Of a DNA stretch of 64,000 nt, positions 44,708 through 57,420 are shown piece after piece. The position numbers and the translations under genes were made by a program. The DNA comes from Candidatus Gottesmanbacteria bacterium (GTDB taxonomy: Bacteria > Patescibacteriota > Microgenomatia > UBA10105 > UBA927). Where the stretch lies: the NCBI GenBank assembly GCA_963701185.1, contig OY969569.1, forward strand, positions 447,054-511,053, given 5' to 3'. Position 1 is the first letter of the stretch. Each line of letters starts with the position of its first letter. Below the pieces are notes generated by a model, which saw nothing but the letters and a program-made list of their open reading frames with translations, searched no databases and was not told the origin of the DNA.

Positions 44708-45625
44708 TTAGCGTACGATGGAAGAAATAGCATCAGCGAGGATCGGGGCGATGGAAACACTGCGCACTTTCGCAATCAATTTGGTCTTGGGCACATCAAT
44801 GGTATTGGTAATAACTATGTCGTTGATCGACGGTGATTCAAGATGTTTCCCGGCTTCTCCGGCCAGTACCGCATGCGTTGCAAGCACAACAACGGAGGTC
44901 GCGCCGGCGTCCGTAAGAGCTTCTGCGCTGTGTGCAATCGTACCGCCTGTCGATATGATGTCGTCAATGATAATTGCAGTCTTCCCTTTCACGTTCCCGA
45001 TAATTTCATAAGACTGGCTCTCATCATGCCGGTCAAGATACCGCTTTTTTTCCATGACAATCATCGGCACGTCCAATATATATGCCAAATTCCGTGCGCG
45101 TTTGGTGCCGCCGACATCCGGCGACACGACGACTGCATTTTTCAAATCCGTCTTTTTCCTGACCTCCGCCGCCAGCAGATCGAGTGCGGACACATGGGTA
45201 ACGGGCACCTGGAAAAATCCGACGATCGCGTCGTTATGAAGGTCCATGGTGATGACCTCCTTGTATTTGCTGACCTCGAGGAATTTTGCAATCACGCGCG
45301 CGGATACCGGCTCGCCTGCCCGGTGCAGTTTATCCTGCCGCGCATACCCCAGATACGGCACAACGGCAATCATCGTTTTGGGAGCACCCCGCCGGATGGC
45401 GTCTCCCATAAGAACCATTTCCATGATATGTTCGTCCATCGGATAGGAAAAGGAATCCAGAACGAAAACCGTTTTATCCCGGACGTCTTCCTGAATCCAC
45501 GGACGAAGCTCGCCGTCGGCAAACCGCGTCAGATCCACTTTTCCCAAATTAACTTTCAGAATCTTCGCGACTTCCGCAGCAAGCGGTACATTACTGGAGC
45601 CCGAAAAGAGCAGAAAATCCTTCAT
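44708..45625 (-). CDS. prs: ribose-phosphate pyrophosphokinase
   Basis: DLHNDAIVGFF, VVSPDVGGTKRAR, IIDDIISTGGT. Confidence 0.9.
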   Translation of the reverse strand: MKDFLLFSGSSNVPLAAEVAKILKVNLGKVDLTRFADGELRPWIQEDVRDKTVFVLDSFSYPMDEHIMEMVLMGDAIRRGAPKTMIAVVPYLGYARQDKLHRAGEPVSARVIAKFLEVSKYKEVITMDLHNDAIVGFFQVPVTHVSALDLLAAEVRKKTDLKNAVVVSPDVGGTKRARNLAYILDVPMIVMEKKRYLDRHDESQSYEIIGNVKGKTAIIIDDIISTGGTIAHSAEALTDAGATSVVVLATHAVLAGEAGKHLESPSINDIVITNTIDVPKTKLIAKVRSVSIAPILADAISSIVR

Positions 45626-45626
45626 G

Positions 45627-48094
<2,468 letters not shown>

Positions 48095-49024
48095 CTAGAG
48101 TATAATCTTCACGCCGAAATTTTCATAGTACCGTGTTATAAATTCTTTTTTCGAAAACTGATGGGTTTGGGTTCCGTATTTTTCGACCGTATAGACGGCG
48201 GCAACCGATCCCATCTGCCCGCAGACCTGCAAGGAGAGTCCTCGTAGGTACCCGGCGACAAACCCCGCGCGGAACGCGTCCCCCGCCCCTGTCGGGTCGC
48301 TCACTTTCTTTGGCTTTGCCGGCTTACAGTGAATGCTCTCTTTTCGCGTCTCAATAATTGAACCTTTAGAGCCAAGTGTTGTAATACACATGGGTACCAT
48401 CACACGAAGTTCCTCGTGACTAATATCCAATTTTCGTTCAATAAGTGCAATTTCGTAATCATTTCCGATGAGAATTTCCGCTCCGGCAATCCCCTCGCGC
48501 AATTCTTCCGCCGTAAAATTACCGATTTGAAATGCGGGGTCATACAGATACTTTTTTCCTCTACATTGGCGAACATACCGCACCATCGCCTTGGGATCGG
48601 TGGGACCAATAATGACGAAATCTGCATTTTGGGGAATTGTGAGCCTGTGGTTATAGCGGGACGCGCCGATGTAAAATGCTCCGATTTGATTATCATCCTT
48701 ATCCGTCACGACGTGATAGGAACTACAGGGCTCGTCTTTGAAAACGGAAATGCCCGAAGTAGGTATCTTATATTTCTTAAGATACTTAGAATATTCTTCC
48801 CAATCGTTTCCTGCCGCCGTCACAATCAAGGGTTGAACACCTAACAGTTTCAACGTATACGCCTGATTAACAGCCGTACCGCCGAACTGTTTATTGAGTG
48901 TATCCACAAGGAAGCTCAGGGAAATTTTGTGGATTTTATCCGGCATGATGCGGTCGGCAAACCGGCCGTTGAAATCCATAATAAAGTCGTAACTTAAGCT
49001 ACCGGTGACAACAACGCTATTCAT
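48095..49024 (-). CDS. PfkB-family carbohydrate/nucleoside kinase
   Basis: DPTGAGDAFRAGFVAGYL. Confidence 0.8.
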   Translation of the reverse strand: MNSVVVTGSLSYDFIMDFNGRFADRIMPDKIHKISLSFLVDTLNKQFGGTAVNQAYTLKLLGVQPLIVTAAGNDWEEYSKYLKKYKIPTSGISVFKDEPCSSYHVVTDKDDNQIGAFYIGASRYNHRLTIPQNADFVIIGPTDPKAMVRYVRQCRGKKYLYDPAFQIGNFTAEELREGIAGAEILIGNDYEIALIERKLDISHEELRVMVPMCITTLGSKGSIIETRKESIHCKPAKPKKVSDPTGAGDAFRAGFVAGYLRGLSLQVCGQMGSVAAVYTVEKYGTQTHQFSKKEFITRYYENFGVKIIL

Positions 49025-49287
49025 TGTCCCATTTGTTTGGAGAGTTCTGTAAGCTTCATTGCGGCGGCTTGTTGTGATTTTTTGATCGCATCATTAATCG
49101 CGCGCTTCAATGTTTCGTTGGCAACACCGTCTATTTCCACCACGCGCACGTTTTGGTTTCCGGAAATAAGAATCCGGATATTCCCCTCGTTCACCTCAAA
49201 CTCCTCCTGTTCAAGCGCCGCCTGAATTTGGGCTGCCTGCTTGCGCATTGCGTTGAGATCTCCGAGCGCTTTAAATGGGTTGATCAT
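49021..49287 (-). CDS. ybaB: YbaB/EbfC nucleoid-associated protein
   Basis: 88 aa with typical YbaB sequence; downstream of dnaX. Confidence 0.85.
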   Translation of the reverse strand: MINPFKALGDLNAMRKQAAQIQAALEQEEFEVNEGNIRILISGNQNVRVVEIDGVANETLKRAINDAIKKSQQAAAMKLTELSKQMGQ

Positions 49288-49296
49288 ACTGCCTCC

Positions 49297-50616
49297 TTAC
49301 TTCTTACCGAGAACGATTTCTATTTTTACCTTCTCACCGAATAATTTTTTCAGGACGCCAATAAGAATATCCTTTGTTTTTGACTCCGACAATTTATCCT
49401 TATGAAACGGATAGAATGCTTCGATCGTTACTATACCACGGGAAACACTCTTTGGTCTAGCACTCCGAAGCACCCCGGCCACGGAATGGTTAAACGGTTT
49501 GAGCTCCTCAATGAAGTCTTTCCAATGCTCCGTGAGTTTTTCCAGGGTAAGGAGACCGAGGTCGGGAGAAGACGGAACGGGTGCTTGGGGAGCTATGGGA
49601 CCTAAGGGAACTACGGGAGAAGAAACGCCGCAATATTCTACAACCGCAACTTCAAGCGGAAGCTCTGCAATCGGCGAAATTTTCATCAGTCCATAGGCTT
49701 CGGTACATTTCCGTATCAGCTCACCGCTTTCAGCGTCGCCTGCAATGAGCTTACCGTGCAGCACATGCAGACAATCCACAAGAAATGATTTTATATCTTT
49801 TCCGTTTTTTACAAGTTCTTCAATAATCGCAAATGATTTTTTTGTATCTTTCTTTGCTAATTCCTCTAAAAAATTTGTGACAACAGATGCGTCGCTTAAG
49901 GAAACAAGATTTCGGACCACCCCAACGGTGATTTTTCCTTTATGGAAACTTACCTGTTCCAATAACTTTACCGCGTCCCTGAAGGAACCGTCTACGCTTG
50001 CGGCCAAAAGTGTCAATGCGTCATCTTCGATAGATATTTTTTCCGCCGCAACAATCCGTTTGAGAGCGGCGGCCAGTTCACCGGCCGTGGCGCGGTGAAA
50101 CGAAATACCCACACACCGGGATTGTATGGTGGCAGGCACTTTTTGCGGATCGGTCGTCGCCAGCACAAACACCGCGTGGGCAGGAGGCTCTTCCAAAGTT
50201 TTAAGAAGCGCATTAAAGGCTTCGGTCGTCAGCATGTGTACCTCATCGATAATATAGATTTTGAAATCGGCAGCCGATGGCGATAAATTAATGGCATCCC
50301 GGAGCTGCCGGATTTCATCAATCCCGCGGTTTGACGCCGCGTCAATTTCCAATACATCAAGATTTCGGCCGTCGGCAATGGAAATACATTGGTCGCATTT
50401 CCCGCATGGCCCGTGCTTTGTAGGTTTTGTACAATTAAAAAGTTTCGCAACAATCCGGGCGGCCGTTGTTTTCCCCGCCCCCCGCGGTCCGGTAAACAGG
50501 AATGCATGAGGCAGCTGCTTTTTTTCTTTGGTTAACAGCGATAATAATTGTTCCCGTACCGCAACATTATCAATTTCCTCAATAATTTGCGGACGGTATA
50601 TTCTATAAAAAGACAT
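49297..50616 (-). CDS. dnaX: DNA polymerase III subunit gamma/tau
   Basis: LFTGPRGAGKTTAARIVAK, C4 zinc module, 439 aa. Confidence 0.9.
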   Translation of the reverse strand: MSFYRIYRPQIIEEIDNVAVREQLLSLLTKEKKQLPHAFLFTGPRGAGKTTAARIVAKLFNCTKPTKHGPCGKCDQCISIADGRNLDVLEIDAASNRGIDEIRQLRDAINLSPSAADFKIYIIDEVHMLTTEAFNALLKTLEEPPAHAVFVLATTDPQKVPATIQSRCVGISFHRATAGELAAALKRIVAAEKISIEDDALTLLAASVDGSFRDAVKLLEQVSFHKGKITVGVVRNLVSLSDASVVTNFLEELAKKDTKKSFAIIEELVKNGKDIKSFLVDCLHVLHGKLIAGDAESGELIRKCTEAYGLMKISPIAELPLEVAVVEYCGVSSPVVPLGPIAPQAPVPSSPDLGLLTLEKLTEHWKDFIEELKPFNHSVAGVLRSARPKSVSRGIVTIEAFYPFHKDKLSESKTKDILIGVLKKLFGEKVKIEIVLGKK

Positions 50617-50683
50617 AAAAAAATAATTAAAAAATAATGAATGTATTATTATTTATTCATTATTCATAATTCATGATTCTTTT

Positions 50684-51067
50684 TTACTCAGGATGGTGTT
50701 TGCCGAGAAGATGGTCCAGGCCGTGAAGCACAAGAACTTCTATTTGATCATCTACAAGTTTATTTTCCTCGCGTGCCTCATCCACCGCCTGTGGATACGA
50801 TACCACAATATCGCCTAAGCGCAAGACATCATCCGGCGGTTCGATAAACTCACCGCCATTTTCCAAACCAAACGACAACACATCCGTTGTTTTATCTATG
50901 TTTCTGTATTTTTTGTTAAGCACTCTCATCTGACGGTCCCCGACAATGCTCACGCTCACTTCGGCGTCACGGTGCACCTCACCAGCGAGCGCTGTTTCGA
51001 TCGCTGTTTTGATTTTCTTCCGGTCAACGGGAAAATGCGATTCTGTTTGAAAAAGAACCGTGATCAT
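50684..51067 (-). CDS. ybeY: rRNA maturation endoribonuclease YbeY
   Basis: HGLDHLLGKHH metal-binding motif. Confidence 0.8.
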   Translation of the reverse strand: MITVLFQTESHFPVDRKKIKTAIETALAGEVHRDAEVSVSIVGDRQMRVLNKKYRNIDKTTDVLSFGLENGGEFIEPPDDVLRLGDIVVSYPQAVDEAREENKLVDDQIEVLVLHGLDHLLGKHHPE

Positions 51068-51504
51068 ACAAGGGATTTTAACATCGCCGCAACGCGCCCG
51101 CCGTCGGCCTGGCCGCGGACTGCCGCCATTGCGTTTTTCATGAGCAGGCCGAAATTCTTTTCGCCGGATTTGGCAATCGGTTCCAAAATCTTTTTAAGCT
51201 CCGCATCTGATAATTCCTTAGGAGCAAATTCTTCGAGGATCGCAAGCTGTGCTTTCTCACGGTCCACCAATTCCTGCCGTCCGGCCTTCTCAAATGCCTC
51301 TATGGACTCACGGTGTGTTTTAATCTGCTTTTTTACGGCATCCAACACATCGGCGTCCGTCATTTTCTTTTCCCAGTCAACGCCGTATTTGGCCGTCACC
51401 GTGTTTCGGACTCCGGCAATCAAAAACCGTATGGTTTCCACACGCATCGCGTTCCCTGCTTTGAGGGAGGAAGTAAGATCCGTTTGCAGTTGATCCATCA
51501 ACAT
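51064..51504 (-). CDS. GatB/YqeY-domain protein
   Basis: 146 aa with typical YqeY sequence. Confidence 0.7.
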   Translation of the reverse strand: MLMDQLQTDLTSSLKAGNAMRVETIRFLIAGVRNTVTAKYGVDWEKKMTDADVLDAVKKQIKTHRESIEAFEKAGRQELVDREKAQLAILEEFAPKELSDAELKKILEPIAKSGEKNFGLLMKNAMAAVRGQADGGRVAAMLKSLV

Positions 51505-51507
51505 AGA

Positions 51508-51696
51508 TTATCCCCGATTCGGATGGCGAAGTCGGCGGACGAGCTCACGTTTCTTTTCTTTGCGGACTTCCGCGGGCTTCTGATAAAATTCGCGTTTCTT
51601 CAAATCCTGCAAAATACCCTCGGACAATACTTTCCGCGTAAATTTCCGAATGAGTGAATCTGATGTTTCACCTGGTTGTGCTTTGACAAATACCAT
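51508..51696 (-). CDS. rpsU: 30S ribosomal protein S21
   Basis: LIRKFTRKV...KREFYQKPAEVRKEKKRE. Confidence 0.8.
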   Translation of the reverse strand: MVFVKAQPGETSDSLIRKFTRKVLSEGILQDLKKREFYQKPAEVRKEKKRELVRRLRHPNRG

Positions 51697-51721
51697 AAAA
51701 AACAAACACCCCCTTAGCTTT

Positions 51722-52042
51722 TTACAACGTTCTGAACTTATCGATAGAACCTAATACGTGTATATGTAAATGATCAACCAGAACCGCGCCTTTGCCGTTT
51801 ATCACAATCCGATATTTCTGTATTCCCTGATCGCGGATAATTTTATTGACGACCGTCATCATCTTTCCCGCAAGTCCGTCAGGCACTTCCAGCAATTCCG
51901 GTACATGTTTTTTTGAAATAACCAGCCAATGCACCGGCGCCTGCGGATGGATATCGCGGATTACAACCACATCATTGTCTTCGTACAGTTTTGTACTCGG
52001 CAACTGCCCCGCAATCACATCACAGAAAATACATGACTCCAT
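51722..52042 (-). CDS. HIT-family hydrolase
   Basis: HLHIHVLG histidine triad. Confidence 0.8.
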   Translation of the reverse strand: MESCIFCDVIAGQLPSTKLYEDNDVVVIRDIHPQAPVHWLVISKKHVPELLEVPDGLAGKMMTVVNKIIRDQGIQKYRIVINGKGAVLVDHLHIHVLGSIDKFRTL

Positions 52043-52045
52043 ACA

Positions 52046-52891
52046 TTATTTTTTCCGCAACACGTCAATAATTTGAACCAACGACTTTTTCGTCGGCCGC
52101 ATCTGCGGATTTTTACTGCTACCGTTTAGCACCATGTGACGGCTCGCATGGAGAAACCACGTTGCCTCCGGCTCCTCACTCTTGAGCGTATTATACACCG
52201 ATGTGAGATCGATCTCATCTTTCGGCAGGGATTTGATGCGCAGATACCCTTTTTTCGGGTCTTTGCGTACCGCAATCACATACCCCATTTTTTGCGCCAG
52301 ATGCACCGTCTCGTCGTTGGTGGTTTCGACGCCTATCCCCTTTCCCCACGGTGTCTCAAATTCCACGCCTTTTTCTTTCAATTCTTTTTCCGCCCATACT
52401 TTATTCTGAAATGTTTTGTAGATGCCGTCCAGAGCCTGCATGCCCAAATCCACAATTCTGATGGGGTTGTCGCCGTATAGCAGCCGCCATCCGTCAATCT
52501 GCGTCACGAGCCCCAGGTCCCAGAAATCCGCGGTCGGATTGGGAAAAAATACTTCGCGGAAATGGTCAACCTCGTTGACGACCGCAAGCAACCGTTCCAT
52601 CGCGGGATCAGTCCCGTGCGTCCGTTTCACTTCCTCATACACCAAGAGTGCCGCACACGTATCGTCATTGGACTGATGATGGTCAAATTTCCCGAATCCC
52701 GTGTCGACATGAATAATCTCGGGATCATCATCCGGCGGTTTTCCGCCAAGAGTACTCCCTGCCGGTACAAATGCCGGCATCGCTTCCTCCCAGCCGGGAA
52801 AAAAGGTTTTGATAAGCCAGATTGCGGTGATCGCATCCAGATCCGGCCCGATATGGGCAACAATGGTTTTCATGTAGTTGAAGTATACCAA
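52046..52891 (-). CDS. DHH-family phosphoesterase (NrnA-like)
   Basis: HIGPDLDAI, FDHH motifs. Confidence 0.6.
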   Translation of the reverse strand: MVYFNYMKTIVAHIGPDLDAITAIWLIKTFFPGWEEAMPAFVPAGSTLGGKPPDDDPEIIHVDTGFGKFDHHQSNDDTCAALLVYEEVKRTHGTDPAMERLLAVVNEVDHFREVFFPNPTADFWDLGLVTQIDGWRLLYGDNPIRIVDLGMQALDGIYKTFQNKVWAEKELKEKGVEFETPWGKGIGVETTNDETVHLAQKMGYVIAVRKDPKKGYLRIKSLPKDEIDLTSVYNTLKSEEPEATWFLHASRHMVLNGSSKNPQMRPTKKSLVQIIDVLRKK

Positions 52892-52933
52892 ATTTAGGGT
52901 GGTTAGGGAGATTGGGGTGATTAGGGAACTATA

Positions 52934-54376
52934 TCAATAAGACTGTGCAAAAATCCAGCGGTGGACGGCGCGTTTACCGCAGTGGATGCAGGTACCTGTT
53001 TCATTTTTGGCGTGCATCGGAAGAAGTCTGGTCGACGCTTTGGTTTCTTCCTTAATTGCGGCCTCGCAGGCGGCGTCTTCGCACCAGAAGGCACGGATAA
53101 ATCCGCGGGTCGTGCTCATGATCTTTTTGAATTCGTCGTATGAATCCGCATCACGCGTGTTGTCATGCAAAAACTTTTTCGCTTTTTCAAACAACGATTT
53201 CTGAATATCCGTTAACAATTTCTGCACGGTCGTCAGTAGTTCTTTGCGGGCGACCGTCACTTTTTCTCCCGTATCGCGCCGGACAAGAACAACCGTGTCC
53301 GATGATAATTCACGTTCCCCTATTTCCAAACGGATAGGAACGCCTTTAACCTCCCACTCATTGAACCTGCGGCCGACAGAGGGCTCCTCGCGCTGATCCA
53401 CTTTTACCCGAATTGCAGCATCGCGAAGCGTCTTCGCAAGAGCCCGTGCCTCTTCCTTCTTATCACCAATAGGCATCACAACAACCTGAATAGGTGCAAC
53501 CTTTGGCGGAAGGATAACACCGTTGTCGTCCCCATGCGTCAAAAAGAGACCGCCTAATGCGCGCGTCGACAATCCCCACGATGTCTGCCACACATGATCC
53601 GTCTTTCCGTCGCGGGTGGCAAACTGAATATCAAACACTTTGGAAAAATTCTGGCCGAGATTGTGGGATGTGGCAATTTGGAGTGCTTTCCCGTCCGGCA
53701 TCAGGGCCTCGTTCGTATACGTTGTTTTTGCTCCTGCAAATTTTTCAGAATCGCTCTTTGTCCCCTGATAGATAGGAATTGCCATATACTCTTCAAATAC
53801 CTGCCGGTACCATTCAAACGCGGTGAGAGCCATGTCAATCGCCTCTTTTTCCGTCTCGTGGGCCGTATGCCCTTCCTGCCATAAAAATTCGGTCGTGCGC
53901 AAAAATAAATAGGTCCGTTTTTCCCACCGGACAACATTGTTCCACTGGTTAATAAGAAGGGGCAGGTCGCGCCAGGAGTGTACCCACTTGGCATACATGG
54001 CATACATAATCGTTTCGCTCGTCGGCCGTACAACCAAAGGATCTTTCAGTTTCTCCCCACCGCCGATGGTCACCAATGCCAGCTCCGGAGAAAACCCTTT
54101 GACGTGCTCTTTTTCTTTCTCCAAAAGCGAATGAGGGATAAACAGGGGAAAATATGCATTTTGAACATCGCGTGTTTTCATCATCCGGTTGAAAATCTCC
54201 TGCACGGCTTCCCACAGGGCATAGCCGTAGGGACGGATGACCATGGTACCCTTGACCGGCGCGTAATCGGCAAGCTCCGCTTTGAGAATGACGTCTGTAT
54301 ACCAATCGGATAAATTTTCCGACTTTTTCTTCAGTTCCTTTTTTGAAAATTGCTGGTTCATGCCTTTATTATACAT
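52934..54376 (-). CDS. proS: prolyl-tRNA synthetase, archaeal/eukaryotic-type (short form)
   Basis: 480 aa, class II motifs, C-terminal Zn-binding CIHCGKRA. Confidence 0.85.
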   Translation of the reverse strand: MYNKGMNQQFSKKELKKKSENLSDWYTDVILKAELADYAPVKGTMVIRPYGYALWEAVQEIFNRMMKTRDVQNAYFPLFIPHSLLEKEKEHVKGFSPELALVTIGGGEKLKDPLVVRPTSETIMYAMYAKWVHSWRDLPLLINQWNNVVRWEKRTYLFLRTTEFLWQEGHTAHETEKEAIDMALTAFEWYRQVFEEYMAIPIYQGTKSDSEKFAGAKTTYTNEALMPDGKALQIATSHNLGQNFSKVFDIQFATRDGKTDHVWQTSWGLSTRALGGLFLTHGDDNGVILPPKVAPIQVVVMPIGDKKEEARALAKTLRDAAIRVKVDQREEPSVGRRFNEWEVKGVPIRLEIGERELSSDTVVLVRRDTGEKVTVARKELLTTVQKLLTDIQKSLFEKAKKFLHDNTRDADSYDEFKKIMSTTRGFIRAFWCEDAACEAAIKEETKASTRLLPMHAKNETGTCIHCGKRAVHRWIFAQSY

Positions 54377-55434
54377 TACCCGCCGCGGGCAAGGCGAAGG
54401 ACGTCGTTGATGGAAATGAGGATAATCAAAATAAATAGCACGATCATCCCGATCTGGTGCGTTGACTGTTCAAACGCAGGCCTCACCTTTTTCCCCAGTA
54501 TTTTTTCCAAAAAGACGAAGGCCAGACGCCCGCCGTCCAGGGCGGGAATGGGCAAAACATTGAGGACCGCCAAATTCAGGGACAGGATGCTCATAAACTC
54601 CAATACTGCCTTCCATCCGAACTTGACCGCAGTCCCCGTCACCTGGGCAATACCGATAGGGCCGGCAACGTCACCGCCTACGGGTTTCAGCGTCGCGATC
54701 TTGCCGATCAGCGACCCGATGCCGGCAAGCATCGCCCACCCGCGTTCCAGATTAATTTTAAACGCCGCAAACGGCGCCTGTGAGATGGGATATCGGTGAG
54801 TTTCCAAATCCGAAATGACAACTCCCAGGGGGCCTTCTCCTTTGGGAACGACTGCCCGCGGCGTCACGCGGACCTCCATGCTTTTCCCCTGACGCTCAAC
54901 GGAAAGGACAATCTCCCGGCCTTTTTCTTTCGTAACAAAAGAAATAAGCTCGGCAGGGGTCCGAAAATGTTCAATAACATCTCCTTTTTGCAGTCCGGCT
55001 TTTTCGGCGGGGCTGCCGACGGTAACACCCTCTATATGCACCCGCCCGGTCGGTTCCAGAACCCCTTGCGTAAGTAAATACGTGGTGATCCCGACAGCCA
55101 GAAGAAAGTTCATCGTGACGCCGGCGAGAAGAATCACAGCCCGTTCTTTTTTGGTCCGCGCGAAAAAATATTCTTTAGGGTGTTTGGGGAATTTAGGGGA
55201 TTTGGGGGGAGGACTTTCGTCCTCGCCGGCCAGCTTCACAAATCCCCCGATCGGCAGCCAGTTGAGCGAGTACAAAATCCCCCGAATTTTTTTTCCGAAA
55301 ATACGCGGCGGCAGACCGAACCCGAATTCCTCTACCTTGACGCCGATAATTCTGGCAACGGTAAAATGCCCCAGCTCATGGATTAAAACTAAAACGCTTA
55401 ATATAGCAAAAAAGACAAGAGCGGTGACAAGCAT
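54376..55434 (-). CDS. rseP: site-2 protease RseP (M50) with PDZ
   Basis: HELGHF and LDGG motifs. Confidence 0.85.
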   Translation of the reverse strand: MLVTALVFFAILSVLVLIHELGHFTVARIIGVKVEEFGFGLPPRIFGKKIRGILYSLNWLPIGGFVKLAGEDESPPPKSPKFPKHPKEYFFARTKKERAVILLAGVTMNFLLAVGITTYLLTQGVLEPTGRVHIEGVTVGSPAEKAGLQKGDVIEHFRTPAELISFVTKEKGREIVLSVERQGKSMEVRVTPRAVVPKGEGPLGVVISDLETHRYPISQAPFAAFKINLERGWAMLAGIGSLIGKIATLKPVGGDVAGPIGIAQVTGTAVKFGWKAVLEFMSILSLNLAVLNVLPIPALDGGRLAFVFLEKILGKKVRPAFEQSTHQIGMIVLFILIILISINDVLRLARGG

Positions 55435-55449
55435 AATGTGTTTTGAATA

Positions 55450-55490
55450 CCAATACCGATTCCCGCCTGCGCGGGAATGACAAACGAAAG
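55450..55490. repeat. CCAATACCGATTCCCGC-CTGC-GCGGGAATGACAAACGAAAG element filling the rseP-frr intergenic space
   Basis: Read directly; same family as 11476..11508 and 16386..16418. Confidence 0.75.
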
Positions 55491-55491
55491 G

Positions 55492-56037
55492 TTATACTTG
55501 TAGTAATTCTGCTTCCTTTTTTTGTCCTATCGTATCAATTTCCGCAACCATTTCATCCGTCAATTCCTGCACCAGCTTTTCCCCGTGTTTGCGCTCATCT
55601 TCCGGTAAATCTTTCAGGCTTTTCATGGCGTCTCCCCGAATTTGCCGGACCATCACTTTCCCCGCTTCCAATTTGGCCTTTGCCAGCTTGATGTATTCAA
55701 GCCGGCGCTCTTCGGACAATAGCGGAATGGTGATCCGTATGATCTCGCGATCTACAACGGGCGTCAGCCCTGCGCTGTGAGCCAGAATTCCTTTCTCTAT
55801 CTCTCCGATTGTAGAAATATCGTACGGCGCGATTACCAACGTCTTAGCGTCTATCGTCGTAATCGTTGCCATCTCAACAATCCGAAGGCGCTGGGTGCCG
55901 CCGTAGGCCATAATCACGATATTTTCAACAAGTGCGGGGGTGGCGCGGCCTGATCGGATGGAGGTGAGATCCGTGCGCGTGACATCAATGGCTTTCTTCA
56001 TCTTCTCCCGCGCGCTGTTGAGGATGGATTCTATCAT
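55492..56037 (-). CDS. frr: ribosome recycling factor
   Basis: Typical Frr sequence; start placed at MIESILN. Confidence 0.9.
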   Translation of the reverse strand: MIESILNSAREKMKKAIDVTRTDLTSIRSGRATPALVENIVIMAYGGTQRLRIVEMATITTIDAKTLVIAPYDISTIGEIEKGILAHSAGLTPVVDREIIRITIPLLSEERRLEYIKLAKAKLEAGKVMVRQIRGDAMKSLKDLPEDERKHGEKLVQELTDEMVAEIDTIGQKKEAELLQV

Positions 56038-56056
56038 CAAAAAAATAGTATCACGA

Positions 56057-56512
56057 TTAAACGCCGAGCGCAATCCGTGTGAATTTGGCGATCGTTATAT
56101 TTTCGCCGACTTTGGCGACGGTTTGTTTCACGAGTGCTTCAATCGTCAGACTTGTATCACGGATGTATTCACCGGCAAGCAGTTCTTTGACATTTTTCGG
56201 GTTCATGGAGGCAACCTGCAGGGCAATCTCATGGGCAAGTGTCTTAAAAGCATCGGTACGTGCCACAAAATCCGTCTCACAGCGCAGTTCAACCAGCACC
56301 CCGACGCGGCCGGCGTGGACATAGGACTCAATTAAACCCTGGGGCGTTTCCCGTCCGCCTTTTTTTACGGCTTTTTCCATTCCCCGCTCCAGAATCAGTT
56401 TCTTTGCTTTTGCATAATCGCCGTTTGCGTCCTCAAGTGCCTGACGGCAGTCAGATACACCGGCGCTGGTATCTTCACGGAGTTTCTTCAGAAGTTCAAG
56501 TGAGATTTTCAT
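56057..56512 (-). CDS. tsf: elongation factor Ts (short form)
   Basis: LLKKLREDTSAGVSDCRQAL, LVELRCETDFVART. Confidence 0.8.
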   Translation of the reverse strand: MKISLELLKKLREDTSAGVSDCRQALEDANGDYAKAKKLILERGMEKAVKKGGRETPQGLIESYVHAGRVGVLVELRCETDFVARTDAFKTLAHEIALQVASMNPKNVKELLAGEYIRDTSLTIEALVKQTVAKVGENITIAKFTRIALGV

Positions 56513-57282
56513 GACTTCTTTGATTTTACTTCTTTTGGCTTTTCCGCAGCAATTTTTGCCGCTTCAATTTTTGCCGCTTCTTCCTTATTCGCTTTGTCCC
56601 AGAGAGTTTTACCCTCTCCGTACGCCGACGCCAATGCGTGAATAATATATTGAATGGATCCTACCGCGTCATCGTTTGCCGGAATCACGTAGTCAATCGA
56701 AGTAGGATCGGCATTGGTATCCACAATGCCAATGACCGGTACATTGACCCGTTTTCCCTCGCGGACAGCAGGTTCTTCTTTCTTAACGTCCACGACAACC
56801 AGCGCCTGCGGAACGCCCTTGATGGAAAGAACCCCGCCGTAATAAATCTTGATGCGGTCCAGATACCGGCCCATTTTGACTTGTTCGTGCTTCGGGAACT
56901 TTTTCCAGGCGCCGGAAGCCCGGTCCGCTTCCATTTTGAGGATTTTATCGATATTCTTTTTAATTTGTTCCCAGTTGGTTAAAAATCCGCCGATCCAGCG
57001 CTCGACGAAATAGGGAGCGGAAACCGCAGACGTTTCCTGTTTAACGACGCCCGATGCCTGACGTTTGGTACCCACGAAGACAACTTCTTTTCCCTGTGAA
57101 GCGAGATCTTTAATAAACGCGGCAGCGGCTTCCAATCCCGTTTTGGTTTTGACCAAATCTATAATATGGATGCCGTCTTTTTTCGTGTAGATAAACTCTT
57201 TGGCCTTTGGGTGCCACCGTTCGGCTTTATGTCCGAAATGACAACCTGCTTCGAGTAATGCCTGTAGCGTTATTTCTTCCAT
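56509..57282 (-). CDS. rpsB: 30S ribosomal protein S2
   Basis: LLEAGCHFGH start and conserved core. Confidence 0.9.
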   Translation of the reverse strand: MEEITLQALLEAGCHFGHKAERWHPKAKEFIYTKKDGIHIIDLVKTKTGLEAAAAFIKDLASQGKEVVFVGTKRQASGVVKQETSAVSAPYFVERWIGGFLTNWEQIKKNIDKILKMEADRASGAWKKFPKHEQVKMGRYLDRIKIYYGGVLSIKGVPQALVVVDVKKEEPAVREGKRVNVPVIGIVDTNADPTSIDYVIPANDDAVGSIQYIIHALASAYGEGKTLWDKANKEEAAKIEAAKIAAEKPKEVKSKKS

Positions 57283-57420
57283 AAAAAATGGCGCAATACG
57301 CGCCGATTATTCGCGTATCTCTTGACCTTCTACTCGATACCCTTTCGGGAGAGATACTGTTCGAGTATGCGTAATAGAGGGATTATACGACTTTTTCCGA
57401 TCACCTGCAAGATTTCAATA

